A stretch of DNA of 24,699 bases from a virus. Positions 8,753 to 15,131 of the stretch are shown here, in pieces (position 1 is the stretch's first letter; each line of letters begins with the position of its first letter). The notes under the pieces were generated by a model. That model had not been told where the DNA came from, searched no databases, and saw nothing but the letters and a program-made list of their open reading frames with translations. The stretch spans positions 1-24,699 of the IMG/VR virus record IMGVR_UViG_3300045988_176129; one strand, 5' to 3'. The position numbers and the translations under genes are program-made.

Positions 8753-8754
8753 TT

Positions 8755-8880
8755 TTATTTGTTCAATGATTCAATAATCGTAAAACCTGCCATTTCCGCA
8801 TGTCTTATTTCTTCTGTTGTCATTTCTGTTTTTCCTATTGTGCTATTGTTTAATTTTACTATTACTTTTCTCATGGCCAT
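8755..8880 (-). CDS. hypothetical small protein (41 aa) on minus strand inside the early region
   Basis: AAGGAAAGG SD plus its own minus promoter (8910-8938). MAMRKVIVKLNNSTIGKTEMTTEEIRHAEMAGFTIIESLNK. Not in the track (<60 aa). Confidence 0.4.
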   Translation of the reverse strand: MAMRKVIVKLNNSTIGKTEMTTEEIRHAEMAGFTIIESLNK

Positions 8881-8909
8881 CACCAATTCCTTTCCTTATC
8901 TTTATACTA

Positions 8910-8938
8910 ATAATACATCAAAGCCAAACAAAAGTCAA
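8910..8938 (-). promoter_or_regulatory. sigma-70 promoter (minus) for the 8880->8755 gene
   Basis: rc TTGACT (8933-38), 17-nt spacer, rc TATTAT (8910-15). Divergent from the plus promoter at 8981. Confidence 0.45.
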
Positions 8939-8980
8939 TAGTTTTTTACAAAAAAAATAAAAAATATTTTTAAAAAAGTA

Positions 8981-9009
8981 TTGACAAATTGTTAGTTATC
9001 TGGTATTAT
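8981..9009 (+). promoter_or_regulatory. sigma-70 promoter
   Basis: TTGACA 8981-86, 17-nt spacer, TATTAT 9004-09. Confidence 0.5.
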
Positions 9010-9047
9010 TAGATTACAAGGTAAGGAAAGAGAGGAAAGAAACAAAA

Positions 9048-9119
9048 GTGGAGGAACTTATTCAGTGGCAAAGAGAGTTAGGTATTAGTGAGGAACAGAT
9101 AAAAATTAACATGAGGTGA
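9048..9119 (+). CDS. possible GTG-initiated micro-ORF (23 aa, MEELIQWQRELGISEEQIKINMR)
   Basis: Only ORF downstream of promoter 8981. SD AGAGAGG is 11-12 nt from the GTG, which is weak. Confidence 0.2.
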   Translation: MEELIQWQRELGISEEQIKINMR

Positions 9120-9157
9120 TAATTCAATACTAGATGATGAAATAATAAAAATAAGTG

Positions 9158-9186
9158 TTGACAAATGAAGTATTAGATGTTATAAT
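9158..9186 (+). promoter_or_regulatory. sigma-70 promoter
   Basis: TTGACA 9158-63, 17-nt spacer, TATAAT 9181-86. Confidence 0.55.
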
Positions 9187-9239
9187 AAATATATAATAAA
9201 GGAAAGGAAACCCCACCAAAGGGGTAAAGGTAAAAGATT

Positions 9240-9377
9240 ATGAAAACACCAAAAACAAGAGGATTTTATGAGTTCAAAGATGGTACAGTGGTTTGGTTTG
9301 CTGGATTAAGTGCTAGTGAGCAGAGAAAAGAGATTGCTAAGCATGGCGCAATCATAAAGTTTACACATACTAACTAA
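9240..9377 (+). CDS. hypothetical small protein (45 aa)
   Basis: Leader AAAGGAAAGG-hairpin(CCCC/GGGG)-AAAGGTAAAAGATT-ATG. MKTPKTRGFYEFKDGTVVWFAGLSASEQRKEIAKHGAIIKFTHTN. Followed by a terminator. Confidence 0.5.
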   Translation: MKTPKTRGFYEFKDGTVVWFAGLSASEQRKEIAKHGAIIKFTHTN

Positions 9378-9380
9378 AAA

Positions 9381-9410
9381 TGGGGGCGGTCGCTAAACCG
9401 CTCCTTTTAT
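9381..9410. terminator. rho-independent terminator (bidirectional)
   Basis: GGGGCGG-tcgctaaa-CCGCTCC with a G-U pair, then TTTTAT. The minus strand also has ATTTTTAG after the stem. Confidence 0.55.
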
Positions 9411-9468
9411 CTACCCTTGCCGCTTTAGCACGTTGAAGTGTTATCGCTTCACAGCGTCGCACCCCAGT

Positions 9469-9488
9469 ATTGGGCGGGTGGGTGGGTT
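9469..9488 (+). other. G-quadruplex-type G-tract (GGGCGGGTGGGTGGG), copy 2
   Basis: Preceded by a CCCC-agtatt-GGG mini-hairpin. Confidence 0.55.
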
Positions 9489-9497
9489 ATATATAAT

Positions 9498-9526
9498 ATT
9501 ATACCACATTTTCGTCCAGTTGTCAA
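9498..9526 (-). promoter_or_regulatory. leftward extended -10 promoter, cassette copy 3
   Basis: rc TTGACA (9521-26), 17-nt spacer, rc TGGTATAAT (9498-9506). Confidence 0.5.
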
Positions 9527-9649
9527 GAGTAAAAATTCACAAAAGTAAAGAAAATTTTTTGTAACTATTGCACATTGACTTCTAATGTCAATGGCAAAAA
9601 TAGCCAAAGATCTGCCGCACATTTTATGCAACTTTTTTATCAAAAATAG

Positions 9650-9678
9650 TTGACATGTAATAATTCTTTTGTTATAAT
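9650..9678 (+). promoter_or_regulatory. sigma-70 promoter
   Basis: TTGACA 9650-55, 17-nt spacer, TATAAT 9673-78. Leader GTATACATAAGATAAAGGAAA is shared with promoter 10858. Confidence 0.55.
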
Positions 9679-9720
9679 GTATACATAAGATAAAGGAAAA
9701 AGAAAGAGAGGTAAAAAATT

Positions 9721-9939
9721 ATGGAATACAGAACAATTACAGCAGAGGATTTATACAACGCATTAGTAGAGGTTTGCGGAGTATCTGAGGAATTTATCAG
9801 TGGGGCAGTTGCCGTTGGTGGATTCACGAAGGAAACAATGCATGATGTAGCCTATTATAAAAGCGGTTATCAAACCGTTGAGGATTGGGTTGACGCTATT
9901 ACCGATGAATTTTTAGAAGAGTTAGAAAAGGAGGACTAA
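9721..9939 (+). CDS. hypothetical acidic protein (72 aa)
   Basis: AGAGAGGTAA SD. Confidence 0.6.
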   Translation: MEYRTITAEDLYNALVEVCGVSEEFISGAVAVGGFTKETMHDVAYYKSGYQTVEDWVDAITDEFLEELEKED

Positions 9940-9943
9940 TACA

Positions 9944-10111
9944 ATGCCTAAATTAAGAGATGAAACATTAAGAGAACAGCTCATGCTTACATTGATTAAA
10001 AAGCGTGGACATGAGGACAGAGAGGTTATCCAGTTTTGCAATCTTTGCGAACTTAAAGAATTAAGCGATAAAACAATAAGAGATATTTTTGATAGGTTGA
10101 TAAAAGAATAG
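9944..10111 (+). CDS. hypothetical small protein (55 aa)
   Basis: GGAGGA SD 9929-34. Not in the track. Confidence 0.5.
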   Translation: MPKLRDETLREQLMLTLIKKRGHEDREVIQFCNLCELKELSDKTIRDIFDRLIKE

Positions 10112-10123
10112 GAGGTATCTATA

Positions 10124-10279
10124 ATGAATGATAAAGAGACATTAAAAGATATTTTTTCAAAAGCAAAAATTGAAATCCTCACCGAAGAAGAGGATTATTT
10201 AGAGATAGCAACAAGGGGTTACAATATTGTTAGCCTTACTTTTGATAAAGATGGAAAATTAACTAAAATTTTTGCTTGA
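10124..10279 (+). CDS. hypothetical small protein (51 aa)
   Basis: GGAGG SD 10111-15. Stop overlaps the -35 of the next promoter. Confidence 0.5.
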   Translation: MNDKETLKDIFSKAKIEILTEEEDYLEIATRGYNIVSLTFDKDGKLTKIFA

Positions 10280-10304
10280 CATTTTATCTCTACTAATGTA
10301 TAAT
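10276..10304 (+). promoter_or_regulatory. sigma-70 promoter
   Basis: TTGACA 10276-81, 17-nt spacer, TATAAT 10299-304. Confidence 0.5.
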
Positions 10305-10339
10305 TAAAGTATCAAAAGAAAAGAGAAGGTACAAAAGTT

Positions 10340-10579
10340 ATGAGAGATTTTTTTAATATTAAGGATGACTACTACAGATTTGAAATCTATGACCTTACTG
10401 CAATTTTAACAATTTTAAATGTTGTGTTCGTGCTCATGGGTTATTGGTGGGCGCCGATATTTGGACTTGTAAACTGTGCAATTTGTTTAACAATGAATGT
10501 TATTAACAGGTTGCACATAAACGCCTATCTTACTCAGGTCGCGTTAATAATTTTAAATGTTTACTTTTTAACCTTGTAG
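10340..10579 (+). CDS. small membrane protein (79 aa, 2 TM)
   Basis: AGAGAAGGTA SD; hydrophobic. Confidence 0.6.
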   Translation: MRDFFNIKDDYYRFEIYDLTAILTILNVVFVLMGYWWAPIFGLVNCAICLTMNVINRLHINAYLTQVALIILNVYFLTL

Positions 10580-10586
10580 TAAAGGG

Positions 10587-10620
10587 GCGGATGCTAATAT
10601 TTTAGCATCTGCTTTTTTTG
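10587..10620 (+). terminator. rho-independent terminator
   Basis: GCGGATGCTAA-tatt-TTAGCATCTGC then TTTTTTTG. Confidence 0.6.
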
Positions 10621-10668
10621 TTTGTTACACTTTAACACGTTAAAGCGTAATCACTGAGAAGCGCAGAA

Positions 10669-10698
10669 GGGGTCCGACTTAGGGTGGTAGGGTGGGTA
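10669..10698 (+). other. G-quadruplex-type G-tract (GGGGtccgacttaGGGTGGTAGGGTGGG), copy 3
   Basis: Same cassette position. Confidence 0.5.
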
Positions 10699-10705
10699 TA
10701 GATAT

Positions 10706-10735
10706 ATTATAACACATTTCTTGCCCAGTTGTCAA
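10706..10735 (-). promoter_or_regulatory. leftward extended -10 promoter, cassette copy 4
   Basis: rc TTGACA (10730-35), 18-nt spacer, rc TGTTATAAT (10706-14). Confidence 0.45.
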
Positions 10736-10857
10736 TAGTTAAAATTCACAAAAATGATTAAATTTTTTGTTACTATTGACTATTGACAAAAAATTACAAT
10801 GTGCAATAGTAACAAAAAACTTAATGCTAATTTATTCAACTTTTTTCTACTTTTTTA

Positions 10858-10886
10858 TTGACTTTTAACGCTTAAAGCCTTATAAT
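10858..10886 (+). promoter_or_regulatory. sigma-70 promoter
   Basis: TTGACT 10858-63, 17-nt spacer, TATAAT 10881-86. Confidence 0.55.
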
Positions 10887-10939
10887 GTATACATAAGATA
10901 AAGGAAAGGAAATCCAATAAGGATTAAAGGTAAAGAATT

Positions 10940-11284
10940 ATGAGAACAGCAAAGGTGATATTTATTTCAGAAGAAGAGAAAAGCATGATTGACAGATTAA
11001 AAAAGGCATATATGGCAACTGATTCAGGTAAAAAGAAAAACGCTAGAATCGGAGTTGTTCTCACTGAGATGTGGTATGAGGATAGTCTCAGTTTCGAGGA
11101 TTTCCAAATAGATGAAATAGACTGGAATATGATAGACGATATATTAACAGCTTATGAAGATGAGCCATTAAGAGATAATGAAGGTTATATCTTTGATAAA
11201 GAAGATATGCTGGATGCATTGGCGGACTTTGACCCGTTAGCAGATTCTAAAATATACCATGATTATAAAATTATGATAATGTAA
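10940..11284 (+). CDS. hypothetical acidic protein (114 aa)
   Basis: Leader AAAGGAAAGG-hairpin(AATCC/GGATT)-AAAGGTAAAGAATT-ATG. Confidence 0.6.
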   Translation: MRTAKVIFISEEEKSMIDRLKKAYMATDSGKKKNARIGVVLTEMWYEDSLSFEDFQIDEIDWNMIDDILTAYEDEPLRDNEGYIFDKEDMLDALADFDPLADSKIYHDYKIMIM

Positions 11285-11288
11285 GAAA

Positions 11289-11320
11289 AAAGGCAAGCAC
11301 TTTTTATGCTTGCCTTTATT
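11289..11320 (+). terminator. rho-independent terminator
   Basis: AGGCAAGC-actttttat-GCTTGCCT then TTATTAT. Confidence 0.55.
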
Positions 11321-11380
11321 ATAGCTTAAAAGTTAGTTGTAACTAACTAAGATTAGACTCGACTAACTCCGGTCTTCTCC
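11321..11380. repeat. third short cluster of GTTAG/ACTAACT iteron-like repeats
   Basis: aagttagttgtaactaactaagattagactcgactaactcc. Confidence 0.45.
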
Positions 11381-11408
11381 GGGGTGGGTGGGAGGGGGAG
11401 GGTGGAGG
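11381..11408 (+). other. G-quadruplex-type G-tract (GGGGTGGGTGGGAGGGGGAGGGTGGAGG), copy 4
   Basis: Same cassette position. The leftward -10 here is degenerate (TTAGCA). Confidence 0.55.
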
Positions 11409-11564
11409 ATAAGTTTAGCACAAATCAGCTTTTTTGTCAATTGGTAAAAATTCACAAAAGTAAAGGAAAATTTTTAGTATTATTGACTATTGTATCTTTT
11501 TGTCAATGTGCAATAGTAACAAAATTTTAAACTTTAATTTGTGCATTTTTTTTCTTCAAAACAC

Positions 11565-11592
11565 TTGCAATTTATAACCAAAGTGATATAAT
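11565..11592 (+). promoter_or_regulatory. sigma-70 promoter
   Basis: TTGCAA 11565-70, 16-nt spacer, TATAAT 11587-92. Confidence 0.5.
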
Positions 11593-11616
11593 AAATAATG
11601 TAAGGAGGCGATAACA

Positions 11617-11730
11617 ATGATAGTAATAATCAATGATACAAAGTTTGGTTTAATGCTAGTTGACTCTGAGACTGGTGAGATATTAGCTGAGGGCAAACAG
11701 GAAATAATAAATTTTATAAAAAGTTGTTGA
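11617..11730 (+). CDS. hypothetical micro-protein (37 aa)
   Basis: AAGGAGG SD. MIVIINDTKFGLMLVDSETGEILAEGKQEIINFIKSC. Confidence 0.4.
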   Translation: MIVIINDTKFGLMLVDSETGEILAEGKQEIINFIKSC

Positions 11731-11755
11731 CAAATAAAGCACAAAGTGATATAAT
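11727..11755 (+). promoter_or_regulatory. sigma-70 promoter
   Basis: TTGACA 11727-32, 17-nt spacer, TATAAT 11750-55. Confidence 0.55.
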
Positions 11756-11809
11756 AAATACAAGATAAAGGAAAGGGAATCCAAAAAAAGGATTTAAAGG
11801 TAAAAAGAT

Positions 11810-11980
11810 ATGAGAAAAATAGTAGTAAAAACAAATGGACAGATAATAATGACAATAGCAACTAGCGGCGTTGCTAAAATAATTCAGATGAACGATACAA
11901 CTTATAGATATACAGATATATGGGGCGATAGTAAGACATTCAAAGTTAGGAAAGGCTCTGAAGTAACTTTGGAAGATTAA
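11810..11980 (+). CDS. hypothetical small protein (56 aa)
   Basis: Leader with AATCC-A7-GGATT hairpin and AAAGGTAAAAAGAT-ATG. Confidence 0.5.
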   Translation: MRKIVVKTNGQIIMTIATSGVAKIIQMNDTTYRYTDIWGDSKTFKVRKGSEVTLED

Positions 11981-12033
11981 AATATATAATTAAGGGGCGG
12001 TTAGTTGATACCGCCCAGGAAGAGGGACATTGT

Positions 12034-12174
12034 ATGACAAAGCAGGAAATACTAGACTATATGGACGATTTTAAGGATGAATATGGAAGCTCATTTACAG
12101 ATTCAAATTTTGAGATAAGCAATATTATAGAAGAAGCATTAGACCTGTATTTTGATACAATAAAGGAGGCATAA
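12034..12174 (+). CDS. hypothetical small acidic protein (46 aa)
   Basis: GGAAGAGGG SD. Preceded by a GGGCGGT/ACCGCCC hairpin that lacks a T-tract. Confidence 0.45.
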   Translation: MTKQEILDYMDDFKDEYGSSFTDSNFEISNIIEEALDLYFDTIKEA

Positions 12175-12175
12175 T

Positions 12176-12298
12176 ATGAGCGCATTTGAGATTAAAAGAG
12201 ATTTAGAGGATGTATATGGCATCCGTCTTTGGGATGGACAGTGTTTGTGGTTTGGTAGTAGAGAAGAAAGAGATATTGCATTCTTGTTAATGCAGTAA
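12176..12298 (+). CDS. hypothetical small protein (40 aa)
   Basis: AAAGGAGG SD 12162-69. Confidence 0.45.
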   Translation: MSAFEIKRDLEDVYGIRLWDGQCLWFGSREERDIAFLLMQ

Positions 12299-12308
12299 GG
12301 AGGATAAT

Positions 12309-12488
12309 ATGGATATAGATGGATTATTATTTTTAGGAAAACCAGAAGATTATGCTATAAATATATTAAGAGAACATCATAGCTATTTCATGCTAGAATC
12401 TCATGGGGATAGCTTTGATTATATCTATTGGGATAAATACAGGTTTGTTTTTATCAATAAAATCTGTACAAAGGTAACATTAAAATAA
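12309..12488 (+). CDS. hypothetical small protein (59 aa)
   Basis: AAGGAGGA SD 12297-304. Confidence 0.5.
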   Translation: MDIDGLLFLGKPEDYAINILREHHSYFMLESHGDSFDYIYWDKYRFVFINKICTKVTLK

Positions 12489-12504
12489 TAAAGGAGCAAT
12501 GAAT

Positions 12505-12681
12505 ATGAAGATTAAAAAAGAAATAGTCATGACTCAAAAAGAGTATGACATGCTTAAAAAGTTAGAAGTCATATTTGAGAATAGCCCTATGTATGATGAC
12601 TGCTCTTTTGGTGATTTTATTTACTCTATAGTAGAAGGAAGCTGCACTGAAAATTATGGTTATGATTTAATAATAGAATAA
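12505..12681 (+). CDS. hypothetical small protein (58 aa)
   Basis: AAGGAG SD 12491-96. The ATG at 12499 is too close to the SD, so 12505 is preferred. Confidence 0.55.
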   Translation: MKIKKEIVMTQKEYDMLKKLEVIFENSPMYDDCSFGDFIYSIVEGSCTENYGYDLIIE

Positions 12682-12686
12682 AATGC

Positions 12687-12716
12687 GGGCGGAGAGACAT
12701 TCTCCGCCTTTTATCT
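12687..12716. terminator. rho-independent terminator
   Basis: GGCGGAGAG-acat-TCTCCGCC then TTTTAT. Confidence 0.6.
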
Positions 12717-12785
12717 GCGGTTATCACTTCACCACGCTAAAGTGTTATTACTGTGAAGCGTGAAGCCTCGACCTTACCCCACTTT

Positions 12786-12801
12786 GGGGTGGGTGGGTGG
12801 G
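12786..12801 (+). other. G-quadruplex-type G-tract (GGGGTGGGTGGGTGGG), copy 5
   Basis: Canonical (G3N1)4. Preceded by CCCC-acttt-GGGG. Confidence 0.6.
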
Positions 12802-12809
12802 CTTAAAAT

Positions 12810-12838
12810 TATTATACCACAGATTACTGTCTTTGTCA
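12810..12838 (-). promoter_or_regulatory. leftward extended -10 promoter, cassette copy 6
   Basis: rc TTGACA (12833-38), 17-nt spacer, rc TGGTATAAT (12810-18). Confidence 0.5.
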
Positions 12839-12886
12839 ATAGATAAATTATCCTAAAATTAAAAAATTTTTTGTGCAATATTTTAC

Positions 12887-12915
12887 TTGACTTTTAATGT
12901 ATTATCACTTATAAT
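12887..12915 (+). promoter_or_regulatory. sigma-70 promoter (first of a tandem pair)
   Basis: TTGACT 12887-92, 17-nt spacer, TATAAT 12910-15. Confidence 0.5.
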
Positions 12916-12919
12916 AAAT

Positions 12920-13020
12920 ATAGAAATTAAAGATAAGACCCCTACAAAGTAGACAAGGTGGGTTAGCTTTTATAACTGGCTTGCTTTGTTGAAAGTAGGG
13001 GCGCATAATGAAAAAATAAG
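12920..13020 (+). ncRNA. candidate structured leader / small RNA between tandem promoters
   Basis: Nested helices CCCCTAC...GTAGGGG, CAAAG...CTTTG and CAAGG...CTTG. No ORF. Confidence 0.25.
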
Positions 13021-13023
13021 TGT

Positions 13024-13052
13024 TGACAAAAGAAAATGAATATGATATAATA
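13024..13052 (+). promoter_or_regulatory. sigma-70 promoter
   Basis: TTGACA 13024-29, 17-nt spacer, TATAAT 13047-52. Confidence 0.55.
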
Positions 13053-13086
13053 AATACATAATAAAGGAAAAGAGAGGTAATAAAGT

Positions 13087-13548
13087 ATGAGAGAGTTTGA
13101 AAAAGTATTGGTATTTGATATGGATGGCACAATAGCTAATCTATATGGAGTAAATAATTGGCTTGAGTCATTGAGAGCGTATGACCCCAGCCCTTATGAA
13201 AAGGCAATGCCCCTATATGACATGGATATGCTTAATTCTATATTACATATCATAAAATCTAAGGGTTGGCATATTGTAGTTACAAGCTGGCTTTCAAAGG
13301 AATCCACCCCTATATATGATAAGGCAGTCCGCAAAGCTAAAAGAGATTGGTTAAAAGAATGGGGCGTCCCATATGATGAAATACATCTTGTAAAGTATGG
13401 AACACCAAAGCATAGAGTAACAAGGTATCCTTTTCAGGTGTTAGTTGATGATAACGCAGATGTGCGGAGTGCATGGCATGGACGCACAATAGATGCAAAC
13501 AAAGATATTATAAACGAACTTATAAAAATAGTTATGGATGAATTTTAG
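13087..13548 (+). CDS. HAD-superfamily hydrolase, 5'(3')-deoxyribonucleotidase-like
   Basis: HAD motif I VFDMDGTIA at the N-terminus. Overall resemblance to the NT5C-type dNMP nucleotidases common in large phages. Confidence 0.6.
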   Translation: MREFEKVLVFDMDGTIANLYGVNNWLESLRAYDPSPYEKAMPLYDMDMLNSILHIIKSKGWHIVVTSWLSKESTPIYDKAVRKAKRDWLKEWGVPYDEIHLVKYGTPKHRVTRYPFQVLVDDNADVRSAWHGRTIDANKDIINELIKIVMDEF

Positions 13549-13597
13549 GCGGAGGGGCATATATGGCCCGCCCCCCAATTAAAAAGGAGGAATATAT

Positions 13598-13915
13598 ATG
13601 AATTTAGAGGATTTTGTAGCAAGTGAATTAAGAAAAACTAAATTTTATGATAAAGATAATAACATGTTTCATCCCTGCGTTTCATTGTTTATAGAAAAAG
13701 ACGCATATATAGAAATGTATATAGAGGATATGATTTCTGTTTTTGTAGGACAGTATGCTTCTAAAAAGCATAAACAGAGTGATTATAAAGTATCTACAGA
13801 GCATGTGTCCGATTCTCCTGGGTTAGATAAATATATAACTTTTATATCATATGCAGAATATGATGGAGAAAAAGTTAATATTGAAGCATTTACTATTGAT
13901 TCTTACTGTTGCTAG
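13598..13915 (+). CDS. hypothetical protein (105 aa)
   Basis: AAAGGAGG SD. Preceded by a GC-rich hairpin at 13549-13585 without a T-tract. Confidence 0.6.
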   Translation: MNLEDFVASELRKTKFYDKDNNMFHPCVSLFIEKDAYIEMYIEDMISVFVGQYASKKHKQSDYKVSTEHVSDSPGLDKYITFISYAEYDGEKVNIEAFTIDSYCC

Positions 13916-13925
13916 GAGGCTATAT

Positions 13926-14150
13926 ATGATGAAAAATTTAAAAACTATATCAATAATTACAATAGTGGTGACAGAAATAATTCACTTTATCCTTGCTATT
14001 GCTTTTGTTGGTATTATGGTAATATTAACTAAATACAGTTTTTCATGGAAAACTGTTATATGTATCTATTTCGTAATAGACTGGATAAAAGGTTTACAGT
14101 ATAGTTATGAGTTATTACGAGTTGGGTTTATTGTTGGCAGGTTTAAATGA
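13926..14150 (+). CDS. small membrane protein (74 aa, 2 TM)
   Basis: AGGAGG SD 13911-16. The track's 13851 start is an upstream in-frame extension. Confidence 0.55.
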   Translation: MMKNLKTISIITIVVTEIIHFILAIAFVGIMVILTKYSFSWKTVICIYFVIDWIKGLQYSYELLRVGFIVGRFK

Positions 14151-14158
14151 AAAAACAC

Positions 14159-14187
14159 TTGACAAATAAAATATAATATGATATGAT
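14159..14187 (+). promoter_or_regulatory. sigma-70 promoter
   Basis: TTGACA 14159-64, 17-nt spacer, TATGAT 14182-87. Confidence 0.5.
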
Positions 14188-14219
14188 AGATATATCAAAT
14201 GAAAGAGAGGTATAATAAT

Positions 14220-14444
14220 ATGAAGATTACAGAAACTAAAAAAGCAACAATAGAAGTTACAGATGAGGAATATCGCACTATTCAGACTTTCTGTAAATGG
14301 TTAAATGATAACTTATGTTGTGAAGATGTATCCTGTGCAGTGCAAGTGTTTGGAGAAGAAGAGCTTCTTATTTTTGAAGGTATATCTCCAACAATGAACA
14401 ATGTTGATATAGAGATTAAAATAAAAAATTTTAATATATCATAA
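14220..14444 (+). CDS. hypothetical protein (74 aa)
   Basis: AGAGAGGTA SD. The track start 14199 has no SD. Confidence 0.55.
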   Translation: MKITETKKATIEVTDEEYRTIQTFCKWLNDNLCCEDVSCAVQVFGEEELLIFEGISPTMNNVDIEIKIKNFNIS

Positions 14445-14475
14445 TAAATATATCAAATGAAAGGAAATAGTGTAT

Positions 14476-14634
14476 ATGACTAAAAATGAATTTATGGATA
14501 GTATTTTAAAAGAGATTGGCTCTTATTATGATGAATGTGAAAATAGTATTTTAAAGGAGATTGAAGAAAATGAGGTTATAGAGACTGCTAGAGATTTTCC
14601 ACGGTCATACATAAATTCTGATGAAAATTTGTAA
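14476..14634 (+). CDS. hypothetical small acidic protein (52 aa)
   Basis: AAAGGAAA SD. Not in the track. Confidence 0.45.
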   Translation: MTKNEFMDSILKEIGSYYDECENSILKEIEENEVIETARDFPRSYINSDENL

Positions 14635-14646
14635 AGCATAAAAATT

Positions 14647-14695
14647 ATGCACAAAAAGCCTGAGGTAGAAAATATCTCAGGCTTTTTGTGCATTT
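14647..14695. terminator. bidirectional terminator / large perfect palindrome
   Basis: TGCACAAAAAGCCTGAGG-tagaaaatat-CCTCAGGCTTTTTGTGCA. Arms carry the TGCACAA motif. T-rich flanks on both strands. Confidence 0.55.
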
Positions 14696-14758
14696 TGACG
14701 AAAAATAGAATCGGCATTTTGCACAAAAGCGTAAATGAAAATTTGTATGAATTGCCTA

Positions 14759-14787
14759 TTGACAAGCACCCCTGTATGTGATATAAT
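14759..14787 (+). promoter_or_regulatory. sigma-70 promoter firing into a GC hairpin
   Basis: TTGACA 14759-64, 17-nt spacer, TATAAT 14782-87. Confidence 0.5.
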
Positions 14788-14790
14788 TGG

Positions 14791-14819
14791 GCGGCGCGTG
14801 CCCTGCCCTTACGCGCCGC
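14791..14819. other. perfect 9-bp GC hairpin (GCGGCGCGT-gccctgccctt-ACGCGCCGC) between convergent promoters
   Basis: Both facing promoters would start transcription inside or adjacent to it. Confidence 0.55.
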
Positions 14820-14822
14820 AAT

Positions 14823-14852
14823 ATTATACCATAGTCCCCTATGGTTTGTCAA
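14823..14852 (-). promoter_or_regulatory. leftward extended -10 promoter, cassette copy 7
   Basis: rc TTGACA (14847-52), 18-nt spacer, rc TGGTATAAT (14823-31). Confidence 0.5.
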
Positions 14853-15067
14853 GACTAATTTTTAAAAAAATTGCACAAATTTTGCGATTCCCGAAAGACT
14901 TTTATTGTGCAAAATGACGAATTTTAACTTTGTGAAATCTGCACAAAACCCGCCCCGCATTTTTAGTTATTTTGCCATATTGTATTTTACCCTCTAATGT
15001 GATATTATAATACTTGTAAGGAAGAGAAAAACAAAAGCAAGCAACCTTAAAGAAAATAAAAAAAGTG

Positions 15068-15096
15068 CTTGACATTCTACTTCCTAGGGTGTATAA
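15068..15096 (+). promoter_or_regulatory. sigma-70 promoter
   Basis: TTGACA 15068-73, 17-nt spacer, TATAAT 15091-96. Confidence 0.55.
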
Positions 15097-15131
15097 TAAA
15101 TACATAATAAAGAAAAGAGAGGTACAACAAC

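Noticed and set aside
8759-8941. Plus-strand ORF 8759..8941 (60 aa)
   Set aside because: No SD or promoter on plus. The opposite strand carries a 41-aa ORF with an SD and a consensus promoter, which is the better model.
9449-10182. Minus-strand ORFs 9449..9643 and 9922..10182
   Set aside because: They are antisense to well-supported plus genes or cross cassette elements. They have no SD.
11556-11861. Minus ORF 11556..11861 (101 aa)
   Set aside because: Covers two promoters, leaders and two small plus genes. Hydrophobic low-complexity translation of AT-rich DNA.
8161-12801. G-tracts as Rho-independent terminator stems or SD sequences
   Set aside because: They have no complementary C-tract partner of matching length and no U-run. 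They are not positioned 5-10 nt before any start codon.
12905-13132. Minus ORF 12905..13132
   Set aside because: Spans the tandem promoters and structured leader of the HAD gene. No SD.
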